IMG/VR virus record: IMGVR_UViG_3300047476_000577
Location: 40,247 to 104,246 of that record
From: a virus
Direction: 5' to 3' (one strand)
Length of the DNA: 64,000 nucleotides
Below are positions 1 to 11,062 of the stretch, piece by piece. The notes below the pieces were generated by a model, which saw only the letters and a program-made list of their open reading frames with translations, did no database searches and was not told where the DNA came from. Numbering within the stretch: position 1 is the stretch's first letter; each line of letters starts with the position of its first letter. The translations under genes and the position numbers were made by a program.

Positions 1-75
1 CGAATAAAGATTCTAATTGCTTAGTATCTATATACGGGCTCATATCTATAAATGGTGCGCCGTTAATACCTTCTA

Positions 76-1152
76 TCATTTAATATACTCGTCTAAGTTT
101 AGTTCATTTAGGAAATTAAGATCCTGGTCTATTGCCTTATACACTTTCCTATACCTAAATACTCCGGGTAAGCTAGGGAACTTTGTTTTATTTACATAGT
201 AGTCATAGTCCTTGGTTACTTTGTAAATTAGTTCTTTAGCAGGACCTTTATAACTAGCCCAAGTATTGCCTATTTTCTTATCAGGATTATTAACTGCCCA
301 TTGTTGCCAATCTTCAGTTTGCCAGAAGTGAATTAAATTATTATTCAAGTAATCCCAATCTGGTTGAAACTCTGGTTGCTTGTGGCTTAATATCCTAAAT
401 TCAACAGCTTGCCATTTCATTGCAAAGTTGTGATACCATAAGTAATCTGCCCAAGTCTTAATTTCAAAAGGACAAGTTTTTACTAACTGCTCCAGTTGAT
501 CTAAGAACCATTTAGTCTGTGTATCGTTATTGATTTTTCTATTAAAGAAAAAATGTGCGTAGTTTTGGTAAGGCTTGTTAATAATATCTTCTGTACCGAA
601 GTAATCGATACTAAATTTTAAAGTTAAGCTACCGAATACATTATCACTAAATTCGCCTGTAATAACTTTGTACTTTTTGTTCAAGTATTGTTCGAATCTG
701 TTGCTGCTAGCAAGTCTAAAATGACGCTTGATAAAATTTTCGTAAAAGTGTTTTGCTTCGTCTATGCTAGCATCATTTAATATTACCAACAGGCGTTCCT
801 TAAACTCTTTACTGCAATATTGATGTATCAAGCAAGCAACCATAGTACTGTCGATACCGCCGCTGTACATTAACACAGGTTGGGTGTCAGGGTCTGCTAG
901 TATTTGTCGCTCTATTTCTAGAATACGCTCAATTGATAATTCTTCAAAAGACTTTGTAAATGTTTTCCACTTGGGGAATGGATATAAGTTAGTAGTCCTA
1001 TACGGCAAATCAATAGTACCTGACCTATCTACTACTGCAATACCTGTGTTAATTGCCTGGGAAAACGTCTTGTAGTTTTCTAATTGAGGATACTTGCGTA
1101 TATTCTCGTCTGTATAGATATCAGACTGATGATAGTATATTAGGCTTTTCAT
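76..1152 (-). CDS. Asparagine-synthetase-like / PP-loop ATP pyrophosphatase (adenylating enzyme)
   Basis: PP-loop YSGGIDST and TGEFSDNVFG motif; paralogous to 15846..16964. Confidence 0.75.
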   Translation of the reverse strand: MKSLIYYHQSDIYTDENIRKYPQLENYKTFSQAINTGIAVVDRSGTIDLPYRTTNLYPFPKWKTFTKSFEELSIERILEIERQILADPDTQPVLMYSGGIDSTMVACLIHQYCSKEFKERLLVILNDASIDEAKHFYENFIKRHFRLASSNRFEQYLNKKYKVITGEFSDNVFGSLTLKFSIDYFGTEDIINKPYQNYAHFFFNRKINNDTQTKWFLDQLEQLVKTCPFEIKTWADYLWYHNFAMKWQAVEFRILSHKQPEFQPDWDYLNNNLIHFWQTEDWQQWAVNNPDKKIGNTWASYKGPAKELIYKVTKDYDYYVNKTKFPSLPGVFRYRKVYKAIDQDLNFLNELNLDEYIK

Positions 1153-1778
1153 AGCAGAATGTTTAAGAATGTGTCTCGGTGAATTTCATTTAGTAGACCC
1201 TTGATAGATTCTACATCATTTAATTCTTTTAGCTTACGCAAAAACTTCATTCTAAAGAACTCTGTTTTTGTTAGCATATCTATATATAGCTGGTGCTTCA
1301 GTATAATTTGTTCCGCTGCCTGCTTTACACTACAGTTATCTAGTTCTGCATAGTCTACTACCATCGGAGCATTGTTATATGCGCTAATGTCGTAATCATT
1401 CTTTTGTAAGAATACAGCTTGCTCGTACTTTATCCTATATGTTTCTAATTGTAGAATATTAAGTTCTTCGTATCGTGCACGTGCTAGATTAATTCTATTA
1501 AGTATTTCGAAATAAATCCAACGTTTGTGGTCAACTAGGTTTACTAATGCTTGAATAGCAGTTAGCTCCTTGTCCACTAAAGGTCTATATTCTAGTTTAT
1601 CTCCTACTAGAACCCAGTCATATGGCCTTGCAGTTACTTTGTCGTAGTCTGCATCAGCTACATTAGACGTAAAGACGTTAGAGTCTACAAAACTCTCGTT
1701 AACAAAGTAAAGGTGTTTCTTTTCTTTGTGAACCATTAGCACTCTGTTTAGTGCATTACATAGTACGTGTACCCACAT
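1149..1778 (-). CDS. Hypothetical helical protein, partner of the Asn-synthetase-like gene
   Basis: Overlaps the downstream gene by 4 nt; C-terminus (MVVDYAELDNCSVKQA) resembles 16943..17599 (MLEEYARILEVPVEQA). Confidence 0.6.
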   Translation of the reverse strand: MWVHVLCNALNRVLMVHKEKKHLYFVNESFVDSNVFTSNVADADYDKVTARPYDWVLVGDKLEYRPLVDKELTAIQALVNLVDHKRWIYFEILNRINLARARYEELNILQLETYRIKYEQAVFLQKNDYDISAYNNAPMVVDYAELDNCSVKQAAEQIILKHQLYIDMLTKTEFFRMKFLRKLKELNDVESIKGLLNEIHRDTFLNILL

Positions 1779-3310
1779 TATTTTAGTATCCTATTTTTGT
1801 ATTCTGTAGTTAATTTAGTCTTAGAATCAATAACATATTTTGCATCTATCGTTGCCATTGGTTTGTTAATTAGATCTTTGCTTTCCCAGCCAGTTCCTTG
1901 TTGCCATAGCATAAATGCAAACCCGCTTAATTTGTTCCTACGATTAAACACACTGCCATTAGTATATCTATCTGCAATCGCCCAGGCATCGGCAAGACGC
2001 ATATCTTTATTTTTCCAATCACTCCATCTAAAGAAAGAGTTGTTGAACTTAGCAGGTGTTATTTGATAACCGTGTTCATTGGCATTTTTCTCGAACGCAC
2101 TTTTCCAAAGTTTCTTTGGGTGCATATTAAACCCTAATGCCTCTACGTTAAATCCGTGTAAAGGGAAATCTTCCGCCATTACTTGGTCTAACCATTCATT
2201 GGCAGTGTCTTCCGTTTCTCCCGGAAGCCCTATCACAAATCCACTATTAGTCATTACCTGATCTTTCCACTTGTCGTTTCTTAGCCAATGTAATAATTCT
2301 ATAGTTTTGTCGGGGTGAAAGCCTTTGCCAACTGCTTTTGCTGCTTGATGATTTAAAGTTTCTATACCAAATACACAAGTTCTGAGACCGGACTCTAGCA
2401 GCAGATCTGCCATCTCCCGGTTGTCCCATATTAAATCGTGTCTTAGATATGTTACGAACTCTATTTTAAAAGGCAGTTTAGAAAATACTTCGTTGTATAG
2501 TGTTTCTACTTTGTAGATACTATCGTTAAATGTGTCATCGCAGAACACATACTTTGTTGTTCCGAACTTCTCGTAGTTGCGGATAAATTCTTCTCTTAAA
2601 GGACCGGGGTCTCTTATATAGTCAAACTTTTTCTTTCCGTTCATAGGAAAACCGCAATAGTCGCATTTGAATATGCAACCCCTGCTAATTTCTATAGGAA
2701 GAACTTCGCCCGGTAAAATATGGTCACTGTCTTGCCATAGTGTCTGGCATTGCCTGAAATTAAAAGGACTGTCTTCCCTCCAGGCAACCTGATTCTGCCG
2801 ATCATTAATTTTTATTAGTTCTATGTCAGCGGGCTTGCCTGCTAGTAGATTAGCATACTGTACAGTAGTGTAGTCTGCAAAGCCGTGAATGTAAGTGTCT
2901 ACGAGCTTTGAGCTCATATACTGACTTTTGCCGCCTCCTAACACAATTTTAATGTTAGGGTTTTTTGATTTAATATGGCTTATTAGTTCGTGACTAGTTT
3001 CGGGCGTGAACGGAAAGTCTTCAGTATAACGTAAGTCTCTTCTGTTGTTATATGTTCTGTTCTCTCCACCTATAGGCTTGTCTTTAATAGCAAATAGAGT
3101 AGAGCTAAATCCTGCGAAAAGAGTGTTAGATCCTACGTATTTGTCTACTGCTAATTTAAGCTCATCTAGTGTCCAGTCAGATAGAAAGTCTATCATCTGG
3201 ACGCTATACCCTGCATTTCTTAATTCTGTGGCTATCCTGTAGCCGCCTATCATCCTAGTATAAACTAAGCTATTAGTAAACTCTGTGAATATTACAATGT
3301 CGGCAGTCAT
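1778..3310 (-). CDS. B12-binding-domain radical SAM protein
   Basis: EISRGCIFKCDYC (CxxxCxxC), FCDDTFN, FGIET, FVIGLPGET; N-terminal cobalamin-binding-like domain. Confidence 0.9.
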   Translation of the reverse strand: MTADIVIFTEFTNSLVYTRMIGGYRIATELRNAGYSVQMIDFLSDWTLDELKLAVDKYVGSNTLFAGFSSTLFAIKDKPIGGENRTYNNRRDLRYTEDFPFTPETSHELISHIKSKNPNIKIVLGGGKSQYMSSKLVDTYIHGFADYTTVQYANLLAGKPADIELIKINDRQNQVAWREDSPFNFRQCQTLWQDSDHILPGEVLPIEISRGCIFKCDYCGFPMNGKKKFDYIRDPGPLREEFIRNYEKFGTTKYVFCDDTFNDSIYKVETLYNEVFSKLPFKIEFVTYLRHDLIWDNREMADLLLESGLRTCVFGIETLNHQAAKAVGKGFHPDKTIELLHWLRNDKWKDQVMTNSGFVIGLPGETEDTANEWLDQVMAEDFPLHGFNVEALGFNMHPKKLWKSAFEKNANEHGYQITPAKFNNSFFRWSDWKNKDMRLADAWAIADRYTNGSVFNRRNKLSGFAFMLWQQGTGWESKDLINKPMATIDAKYVIDSKTKLTTEYKNRILK

Positions 3311-4074
3311 TAGATCCTCTTAAGGATAGGGTAAAAAATCATACAAGGGTCAAATTCCCACCACTTCTCTCCAAAGTTGTAGTTACCTGGATGCTTGTGG
3401 TGATTGTTGTGCCAACCTTGTCCCCACGCGAAATAGCCTAGTAGAGGAACGTTTCTGCTTTGATCATTAATTTCGTGATTCCTGTAACCGAATTCTTTCA
3501 TATGGCAGAATAAGTTAATGCAAGCTTCTTGGTGGATACCAGTAATCATCGGTAGTAGGATTAAGCAAGTTGCAATCTCCCAATTGATTAGCATTGCAAC
3601 AGCGATAATAGCCCATACAATTTTGTAGTAATGTTTGTGTACGTTAACCTGGAACGGGTCGCGTAATAGATCTACGGCATACTTGAAACTAATGTCTTCT
3701 GGCTTTAGCTTAAACATCCAGCCTAAGTAAGATACCCACTTGCCGTGAATAGGACTATGGACATCGCGTGGCTTATCTGCGTGACTATGATGGTAACCGC
3801 GGTGTAATGCTACCCAGAAAATAGGGCTACCTTGCCCAGCCATACAGCCTAGGATAGTTAGCACTTTTCTAGTAAAGTTACTCATTTCGGGTATACCTTT
3901 GTGACTTAATACCCGATGCAATCCAATAGCACTACCTAAGCCGCTAATCAACACCCAGCCTACGGGCCATAGCCACAGATAACTTAAATTGCCGTAGTTC
4001 CATAATACTACGAACATAATAACTGCCAGTATGTGAACTGGCCAAAACATTTTTTCAGCGTGTCCTAATTTCAT
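3310..4074 (-). CDS. Membrane fatty-acid (delta-9-type) desaturase
   Basis: His boxes HRVLSH, HRGYHH, HNNHH; WWEFDP; hydrophobic segments. Confidence 0.9.
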   Translation of the reverse strand: MKLGHAEKMFWPVHILAVIMFVVLWNYGNLSYLWLWPVGWVLISGLGSAIGLHRVLSHKGIPEMSNFTRKVLTILGCMAGQGSPIFWVALHRGYHHSHADKPRDVHSPIHGKWVSYLGWMFKLKPEDISFKYAVDLLRDPFQVNVHKHYYKIVWAIIAVAMLINWEIATCLILLPMITGIHQEACINLFCHMKEFGYRNHEINDQSRNVPLLGYFAWGQGWHNNHHKHPGNYNFGEKWWEFDPCMIFYPILKRI

Positions 4075-4098
4075 ATGTTTTCCTCTTTATTTTGATAT

Positions 4099-4737
4099 TT
4101 AGTTGTTATTCTTATCTTTGTTTGCACTAGGATCTAGACGGTATTCTGGTTTTAGGAACTGCATAGTTACGATTAAGTCAACAGGCCACGGCTGGCTGTT
4201 CATAAGCCACATCCATTGGTCCTGATACGGCGGGCGTGTCCACGCAGAAATCGTATTTAAAATAATTCTGTCGTAGCGTTCTTGTCTTTGCTTAACGTGT
4301 TTGGGCCATATACGCTTGTGAACTTCCCAGTACTTTAAAGGATACGCCATAATATATTGATACACATAGCGTTCTTCTGCATAACTAATGGCGTGCTCCA
4401 TTACTTCTACTAGACCATTCATATTCCCTGCACTTTCGCATCTTTCTGCTCTATTAGTAAGTGCTTTCTGGATGTACCACATATTAGTGTCGGGACTGAA
4501 ATATTGTGTCATACAGCTATACAGTTTATCTGTATTTTCGTCAACGTAGCCCCACATTTTAAAATGCGGGTTATCCTCCATTAGATAGTAATTCACCATA
4601 GTATGGCTTTTTGTTATTTCTAAGTGAGGCTTATACCACGGCATCTTATCTAAGTCTACACCTGCATATGTAGTCTTATCTTGATTCATTAAATTAATTT
4701 GATCAAGATAACTAATGTCTAATTGTTTAACTATCAT
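4099..4737 (-). CDS. Hypothetical protein, possibly GNAT-fold
   Basis: Intact 212-aa ORF in the operon; size and pattern are compatible with GNAT, but no decisive motif. Confidence 0.45.
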   Translation of the reverse strand: MIVKQLDISYLDQINLMNQDKTTYAGVDLDKMPWYKPHLEITKSHTMVNYYLMEDNPHFKMWGYVDENTDKLYSCMTQYFSPDTNMWYIQKALTNRAERCESAGNMNGLVEVMEHAISYAEERYVYQYIMAYPLKYWEVHKRIWPKHVKQRQERYDRIILNTISAWTRPPYQDQWMWLMNSQPWPVDLIVTMQFLKPEYRLDPSANKDKNNN

Positions 4738-5663
4738 TTTAGGGACTCTATAAAATCTTTTACATATATTTGAAATACATTATCGTTATAAGGAATAACT
4801 TTTTGCATTTCTTGTTTGGCATTAAAGTTTAATAACTTCAATGTTTCGTAACCGTGGTACTTAGGCCTGGGTTTCAATAAGAAATGTTGCCCGTATACTT
4901 CTTTTTTTATTGCCTGCACACTACGCTTTCCTACTAATTGATTAGTGACTAGTTTAGTTACTAATGGGTCTATAGCATAACTTAACATTATTTCCGGAGT
5001 ATAACTAAAGAATTCACTAATTACTGGCCGTTGATTGATGTGTGCATACTTGGGAACGCTTAAATCGTTGTTTTCTCTAACATAGTAAAACCAACGATTA
5101 TTTCTTTCCTTCGGATTTTTGAGGTATGCGGCATAGTCGAACTTTTGTTCAAAAAATACTTCACCGGTTCCTAATACAGGAATAGCATCGTCGATTTTAT
5201 TCATCAGCCAGATTAATTGAATCTGTGCAATCTGGCTGCTTTGATATTTTATACCAATTGGCAAGTATTCTTTGCTTTTATAAAACTCTACAATGTCAAT
5301 CTCGTGTACTCTATATTGTACATTATAATACTCGCAAAAGTCTATAGCGTATTTGATATCGTGATCGTTGTATCCGTCTTTGAATCTTAAGATATCTGCT
5401 ACAAAAGGTACACCTGCTAGTAAAAAACTTTGTGCCAATACTTCGCTATCGACACCGCCGCTGAAAAATATACTGAATTTTTCATTAGGGTAAGCATCTT
5501 TTATTTTACTAACAACATCTAGGCACTCCGATTTAAAGTCAGCAGGGCGCCTTGTCACTTTATCCCAGTGCATTTTAAAAATATCCGAGTCGTGTGTTCT
5601 ATTAGAAAATGGAACACCATTGTATGTCCAATGAAAATGATTATTTTGTGTTAGTGTTACCAT
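4734..5663 (-). CDS. PP-loop ATP pyrophosphatase (Asn-synthetase-like)
   Basis: FSGGVDSE PP-loop; C-terminal RPKYHGYE. Confidence 0.7.
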   Translation of the reverse strand: MVTLTQNNHFHWTYNGVPFSNRTHDSDIFKMHWDKVTRRPADFKSECLDVVSKIKDAYPNEKFSIFFSGGVDSEVLAQSFLLAGVPFVADILRFKDGYNDHDIKYAIDFCEYYNVQYRVHEIDIVEFYKSKEYLPIGIKYQSSQIAQIQLIWLMNKIDDAIPVLGTGEVFFEQKFDYAAYLKNPKERNNRWFYYVRENNDLSVPKYAHINQRPVISEFFSYTPEIMLSYAIDPLVTKLVTNQLVGKRSVQAIKKEVYGQHFLLKPRPKYHGYETLKLLNFNAKQEMQKVIPYNDNVFQIYVKDFIESLK

Positions 5664-6510
5664 AATTAAATTCTGGGTCTAGCTGGGTATCTATAGACAC
5701 TCGAACGAACCTTCTATCTCCCACGCTATCGGAAAATATTTCTCCCTCGCCTTTGCGGTGCATAGTGGCCCAATTATCGAAAATAATTAAATCTCCTATT
5801 TCCCAGTTGTGTGAGTACTGATATTTATTGCCCAGGTCTTTAACAACATTTTTTAAAATTTCGTTATCTAAATATTTTTTCTCTGTTCCGTGCTGTTCAT
5901 ACCAGGAGCGAATCCACCCGTTGTCCTGACTAACAGCATTTAATCTTAGAAACTTTTCTTTAGTATATGGATGTTCTTCTATAGCAGGTAAATCTTTTAT
6001 ATTAGTTCCTACTCGTTGCCAGCTTTGGTATGTGAAATATCTACGACTGTATTTTTCTTTTTCTTCTTGACTGAGGTCAGAATAAGCTCTTGCCATATTT
6101 GAAACATCAGTGGTCATACCTTTAAATTTAGAAGGGAGATCGATGCAGTATAGCATTCTACTAGGATATCTTGCAAAGCCGGGTTCATTGGCAATATCTA
6201 CGTGCCAAGGAATTCCTGAAAATAATCTTGCGTAGCTTTTATTAGTATAGTCTGTATAAGATCTTCCTTGATTATCAAATCTTGCATCTTCTTTAATTGA
6301 CTTATAATCTTTATACGCCCACGGCTTACCTAGCTTTTCCCCTAGATCTATTATTTTTTTAGGACTAAGGTTGTGCCATCCTTTAAACACTAATACTTTA
6401 TGGGTGAATAGCAGATGTCGTAAATCACTATTATCGACTGCCATTACTTCGTCGTATGATAGGTTTATTTTAATTCCTATAAAATCAGTGAGGGAAGTGT
6501 AGGGTATCAT
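5641..6510 (-). CDS. TauD/TfdA-family 2OG-Fe(II) dioxygenase
   Basis: WHVD, HPYT, W..GDLIIFDNWATMHR motifs. Confidence 0.85.
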   Translation of the reverse strand: MIPYTSLTDFIGIKINLSYDEVMAVDNSDLRHLLFTHKVLVFKGWHNLSPKKIIDLGEKLGKPWAYKDYKSIKEDARFDNQGRSYTDYTNKSYARLFSGIPWHVDIANEPGFARYPSRMLYCIDLPSKFKGMTTDVSNMARAYSDLSQEEKEKYSRRYFTYQSWQRVGTNIKDLPAIEEHPYTKEKFLRLNAVSQDNGWIRSWYEQHGTEKKYLDNEILKNVVKDLGNKYQYSHNWEIGDLIIFDNWATMHRKGEGEIFSDSVGDRRFVRVSIDTQLDPEFNYGNTNTK

Positions 6511-7084
6511 TTCGTACGTCCATTATAATATGTATGCGATCACTGTCTCCTTTATTAGATGCCCAGTGCATAGTTTTATTGTCAAACACCCATAATTCTC
6601 CTTGCTCGAAGCGGACAGTTTCTGTGTCTTCTTTACTACCACAACTAAAGCTAACTCCGTTGTTAGTTTTAAGTACGATATGATATCTATCGTGCAAATC
6701 AAAGTATTTTCCTGGATCAATGTGAGGATATATGTTGCCGCCTGGGACCATTTTAGCAATATAGCATCTTCCTAATTTAGATCCCGGCAGCGCCAATAAT
6801 AAGGCACTATTAATTAATTTTCTACAAGCAGGAAGTCTGTACATTGCCTCTGCGTCTACTGCTTCTAGCATTTTATCTGCTAGTTCTTTCGCTCCTCGGG
6901 CATCAGATATAGAATCGCTTTTATGATTCTTGTCGTGAATTCTTAGGTGAATAGATTGCCCTTCCCTGAGAGGAGGGCTTTGCTCTGGCCTTGCTGTATG
7001 CGGCCCAAACAAGTGATAATTTTGCATAACCTCTTCTAAGGCTTCTGTTACATCAATGTTACCTATAAATTTAAAATATTTCAT
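6485..7084 (-). CDS. Aspartyl/asparaginyl beta-hydroxylase-like 2OG-Fe(II) oxygenase
   Basis: PGGNIYPHID, RYHIVL, GELWVFDNKTMHWASN, RIHIIMD. Confidence 0.85.
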   Translation of the reverse strand: MKYFKFIGNIDVTEALEEVMQNYHLFGPHTARPEQSPPLREGQSIHLRIHDKNHKSDSISDARGAKELADKMLEAVDAEAMYRLPACRKLINSALLLALPGSKLGRCYIAKMVPGGNIYPHIDPGKYFDLHDRYHIVLKTNNGVSFSCGSKEDTETVRFEQGELWVFDNKTMHWASNKGDSDRIHIIMDVRNDTLHFPH

Positions 7085-7656
7085 ATCGTGTCAAATAGTA
7101 AGTGTACCCGGTCATCCTGGCTAGCGTTCATTGCAGTGTGCATCGCAGTTGAAACTAAACTGTAGAGTTTACCTTCAGTCTCCATAGTATATAACCCGTG
7201 TTCAGTTACAATGAAGCATCTAGGATTTGTAATAATGGGAACGTGATAACGTATTAGATCATCGTCCTTGTGCCAGCTGTAGCAAGTTTTAGATCTAAGC
7301 ATCATTAGCCTAATTCTGCCAATCGGTCTTGTGCTAAATTCTCTAACTTTGTTAATTACAAATTCAAAATATGTATTCTTTACAGCAGGGTGCAAGTGGG
7401 TAAATTTTTCTTTTTCTTTACCCTCTTGATATACACGATTAAGTCTGTTGTCGAGTCCTGGCTTGATAATACTGCCTATACCATCGTATATTTGATCAGC
7501 AGGATCATCATACTCGCCTGTATGCACAAGGCTTAATTGATTGCTGTGCGGATGCCAGGGGTACTTTTTAAGCAAAAACCCTAGTTCCATTTTTAATTTC
7601 AGCTTGTCAAAAACTATAGGATAGGATTCGACATCTATTACGTTATCATTAAACAT
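7081..7656 (-). CDS. AspH-like 2OG-Fe(II) oxygenase
   Basis: CYSWHKD, RYHVPIITNP, HTAMN, RVHL. Confidence 0.8.
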   Translation of the reverse strand: MFNDNVIDVESYPIVFDKLKLKMELGFLLKKYPWHPHSNQLSLVHTGEYDDPADQIYDGIGSIIKPGLDNRLNRVYQEGKEKEKFTHLHPAVKNTYFEFVINKVREFSTRPIGRIRLMMLRSKTCYSWHKDDDLIRYHVPIITNPRCFIVTEHGLYTMETEGKLYSLVSTAMHTAMNASQDDRVHLLFDTI

Positions 7657-7690
7657 ACACTTATTTATAGATGCAATACCTTGGCTTTTC

Positions 7691-8242
7691 TTAATCTAGA
7701 GCAAAAGTTATTGTCCATTGTAGTGTATGTTGAATCATTTCCGGTTCGTCGTTTATTGTAGCGTTTTTATACCACTTGCTCATCGGGTGGTGCTCACTTT
7801 TCATTGCACGTTTGAATATAGTAAGCAAACCTCGATTGTACTCGTTAACAGTAATCATTGCGCGAGTGGCACCATTTGCTTTAGCCCATTCTAGCTGCTT
7901 AGGTAACAAGTATTCGTGTAACAGGTATTGTGTTCTGAACTCTTTCAGCGTCCAAGTTCTAACTAAAAGAATTGCAGTGGAATCTTTTATGTATACGCCA
8001 CTAGCAGATATAGTCTGCATATCGTTGCATAGTACAAAGTATTGCCCAGTTGGCGGGACAAGTCGCTGCTCGTTATAAAGCAAAAAAAGTACACTAGCGG
8101 GATTATTTTCCCAGTCAGTGTACTTCATATTAGAAGCAGCAGGATGTTTAGGCTCTGCTGCTTCTATGGTTTTACAGAATCCAGAAACTAGCCTATAGTG
8201 ATCTGGATCTTCTTTGTTAATTGCAATTACGCTATAGGTCAT
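7691..8242 (-). CDS. GNAT-like acetyltransferase
   Basis: [11 protein letters not shown] motif-A-like segment; TVNEYN. Confidence 0.55.
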   Translation of the reverse strand: MTYSVIAINKEDPDHYRLVSGFCKTIEAAEPKHPAASNMKYTDWENNPASVLFLLYNEQRLVPPTGQYFVLCNDMQTISASGVYIKDSTAILLVRTWTLKEFRTQYLLHEYLLPKQLEWAKANGATRAMITVNEYNRGLLTIFKRAMKSEHHPMSKWYKNATINDEPEMIQHTLQWTITFALD

Positions 8243-9147
8243 ACTGCCATTGCAGCCTTGATAGCACCGTGAGATTGATAGCCCACTAGCTCGATGTCTG
8301 CCATAGTAAATCCGTCAATGTCTTTAATTGCAGGATTTAGTTTTAGCGTAGGTAAAGCCAGTGTCTCTCGTGACAGTTGTTCTTTAACTTGCTCTACGTG
8401 GTTGGAGTAGATATGGGCATCGCCGATAGTATGCACAAACTCGCCCACACCTAAATCGCACACTTGAGCAATCATATGTGTAAACAGGCTGTAGCTAGCA
8501 ATGTTAAATGGGACACCCAAGAAGAAGTCTGCACTACGCTGGTACATCTGGCAGCTTAATTTTCCGTTGCGTACATAGAATTGTGCAAAACTATGACAAG
8601 GAGGCAATGCCATTTGATCTAGTTCGCCGGGGTTCCACGCAGATATAATATGACGCCTATCCTCGGGCTTTGACTTAATGCCAGCAATTAGATTTGCTAG
8701 CTGATCTACTTCTGTTCGATCAGCAGCTACCCTGACACCACCTAGGTGAGCATCTCCCATATCTTTACGTTCAGTATACTTGCGCCAGTGTCGCCACTGT
8801 ACACCATATACACGGCCTAAGTCGCCTTCGTACTGTGCTTTAGGTGTCCAATAGTCTGCTTGTGCATTAGCAGTCCATATTGTAGATTTTGCATCATCTC
8901 GAGTACCGTGCAGAATTTCTGCTAGTCTACGTTCGTCGCCGCTGCCTTCAATGAACCAAAGTAATTCCGACACCACACTTTTCCAGGCTAGCTTCTTTGT
9001 AGTGACAGCAGGAAAGCCTTTAGTTAGGTCATAACGGCTTTGCATACCAAACACACTGATAGTACCAGTGCCTGTACGGTCTTTTGATTCTACACCGTTA
9101 TCTAATATAAATTGTAAATCTTTTAAGTATTGTTGCATCTTAACCAA
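8239..9147 (-). CDS. thyA: Thymidylate synthase
   Basis: [39 protein letters not shown]. Confidence 0.97.
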   Translation of the reverse strand: MVKMQQYLKDLQFILDNGVESKDRTGTGTISVFGMQSRYDLTKGFPAVTTKKLAWKSVVSELLWFIEGSGDERRLAEILHGTRDDAKSTIWTANAQADYWTPKAQYEGDLGRVYGVQWRHWRKYTERKDMGDAHLGGVRVAADRTEVDQLANLIAGIKSKPEDRRHIISAWNPGELDQMALPPCHSFAQFYVRNGKLSCQMYQRSADFFLGVPFNIASYSLFTHMIAQVCDLGVGEFVHTIGDAHIYSNHVEQVKEQLSRETLALPTLKLNPAIKDIDGFTMADIELVGYQSHGAIKAAMAV

Positions 9148-9587
9148 GTCTCAAATGCGAGCTCTGCTTTTACGGTACATTCATTAAACGTAAAATTATC
9201 TAGCAAAGCTTCTGTATCAATGAAAGTATCGCATTGATAGTCACTAGAAAAACGTGTAACGTACACAGTGTCTATCCTGTCGATAAACGACTGTATCAAT
9301 TTAGCACCGCCTATTACTACTGCATCTGCAGGTATAGCAGGGTCGTCTATTGATTGTACTGTAATAACACCGGGTATGTCAATAGGCTTGCTAGTGACTA
9401 TAATGTTTGTTCTATTAGGTAATGGCTTAGGGAAAGCAGGATCGTCCCAAGTCTTGCGGCCCATTACTACTGTTTTGCCTAATGTGTGTTGTTTAAACCA
9501 AGCAAAGTCTTCTTTATTTTTTGGCCAAGGTAGTGTACCGTCTTTGCCGATCCCGCCATTAGAATCGACTGCAAATATAGCCTTCAT
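9123..9587 (-). CDS. folA: Dihydrofolate reductase
   Basis: [28 protein letters not shown]; adjacent to thyA. Confidence 0.95.
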   Translation of the reverse strand: MKAIFAVDSNGGIGKDGTLPWPKNKEDFAWFKQHTLGKTVVMGRKTWDDPAFPKPLPNRTNIIVTSKPIDIPGVITVQSIDDPAIPADAVVIGGAKLIQSFIDRIDTVYVTRFSSDYQCDTFIDTEALLDNFTFNECTVKAELAFETWLRCNNT

Positions 9588-9946
9588 TTTTCCTCGCCGA
9601 AGTGTTTTGCTAGTAACCCTGCAACGTGCTTGGTTACGCTTTTCTTTAGTAAGTCGCTATCCATAGTTATTTGGACGTCGACAATCATATCTTTATATTC
9701 TTGGAGTTCTTCAGATTTTAGTATTGTGTCAATGTCGTCGAGACCTTCTAAGTCTGCGCCTTCGAACACAATTGAAGTGCCGTTGTTTAGGACCACGTTT
9801 ATAGTTGCTATAAACCTTACAGGGAGATCATTCATAACAACATCGTTTAGGATGTCGTCAAAACTCCGGTCTCTCTTTATCAATGCCATCGTCTTTAACC
9901 AATTCTTTATTTCTGTATAACGAGTCTTCGTGTTCCAGTGCAGCAA
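9584..9946 (-). CDS. Hypothetical phage protein
   Basis: ORF in the operon; start may lie further downstream (MALIK). Confidence 0.55.
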   Translation of the reverse strand: MLHWNTKTRYTEIKNWLKTMALIKRDRSFDDILNDVVMNDLPVRFIATINVVLNNGTSIVFEGADLEGLDDIDTILKSEELQEYKDMIVDVQITMDSDLLKKSVTKHVAGLLAKHFGEEK

Positions 9947-10143
9947 CTATAATAGCAGCGGCTTTGATTAAGTTGTCGCGAAACACTTCACGTTCTGGCT
10001 TAATGCCTTTTCTATTTACATCCTGTGCCAAATAATGGATTACGATGGCGATCCAATCATTTGAACTATATGTTAAGTCGTACTCGCTACCAGGTAAAGA
10101 CTGCTGACGCAGTCTTTCCTGTTTAACTTTAGCTAGTATGTCG

Positions 10144-10710
10144 TCAAGCAACGGCAACACTCTTCTTCCTACCGCGAGCTTTAGCTGCCTTAGGATCGAT
10201 ACTGTCTGCTTGTGCACGTAGCTCGGCTGCTTGTTTTTCAAACAATGCTGCTTGGTTACGCAAGTTTTGTGCAAGTGTAGCATCATCGATAACGCCGTCA
10301 TCGTGTTTAGCAACTGGACCATCGCCGGGTTGTACAGCGGCTGGATCGATACCGGAGTCAAGTTGAGACAAGCTACGATTTAGTTCGGATAGATTGATCT
10401 CGACGTCGATACGTGGACGCATAATTACACGTTCTGCAGGCACCTTACGAAGGAAACCTTTGCTGTGAAGTGTAGTTAGCATATTGCTACCGTCATAGAA
10501 GAATTGACGGTTTGCATACTCATAAAACTCTAGTGTTTCTTGTGCAGTTAGGCTTTCTACTGCATCCATTAGGTTTTGATGATAGCGGTCGGGTAGACTA
10601 TCTGTCTCCACGATTAGACAGCTTTGTGGCTCGTCTGGGAGTGAACGGAATACTACGATAACACGGTGACCGGTATCGCGTAGTGTTCCTACGTGTTTTA
10701 GAAATTTCAT
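10144..10710 (-). CDS. Conserved hypothetical phage protein
   Basis: 188-aa ORF with RBS-like AAAGA and biased codons. Confidence 0.65.
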   Translation of the reverse strand: MKFLKHVGTLRDTGHRVIVVFRSLPDEPQSCLIVETDSLPDRYHQNLMDAVESLTAQETLEFYEYANRQFFYDGSNMLTTLHSKGFLRKVPAERVIMRPRIDVEINLSELNRSLSQLDSGIDPAAVQPGDGPVAKHDDGVIDDATLAQNLRNQAALFEKQAAELRAQADSIDPKAAKARGRKKSVAVA

Positions 10711-10728
10711 CTCTGTGTGTCTTTCTAA

Positions 10729-10959
10729 TTAGGCGGCGTCTTCGCCAGTTGCAGTAGCGGCAGAAGACTCTGCTTGCTCTTGCTCGGCTTTGGCAGCAGC
10801 TTCTGCTTCGCGTTGAGCTTTAACAGCTTCAACAAAGGCAGTTAGCTTGTTATATACTGCGCCTACTACTGTAGCTTCGGCTGCTTTAAAGGCACCACGC
10901 TGTACTGCGGCGTCAATAATTTGTGCCGCGGCTGCTAAGTCTTGATCAGTTAGTTCCAT
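10729..10959 (-). CDS. Small Ala-rich hypothetical protein
   Basis: GAGG RBS; IIDAAVQRGAFKA segment. Confidence 0.65.
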   Translation of the reverse strand: MELTDQDLAAAAQIIDAAVQRGAFKAAEATVVGAVYNKLTAFVEAVKAQREAEAAAKAEQEQAESSAATATGEDAA

Positions 10960-11062
10960 TTTATACCTCTTAATTAAGTGTGTGTTTTATTTATTATGGT
11001 ATCTTATTATACAAAAAAGAAAGGCTACAGGTCAACTGTAGCCTTGTAATAAGTTCAAACTT

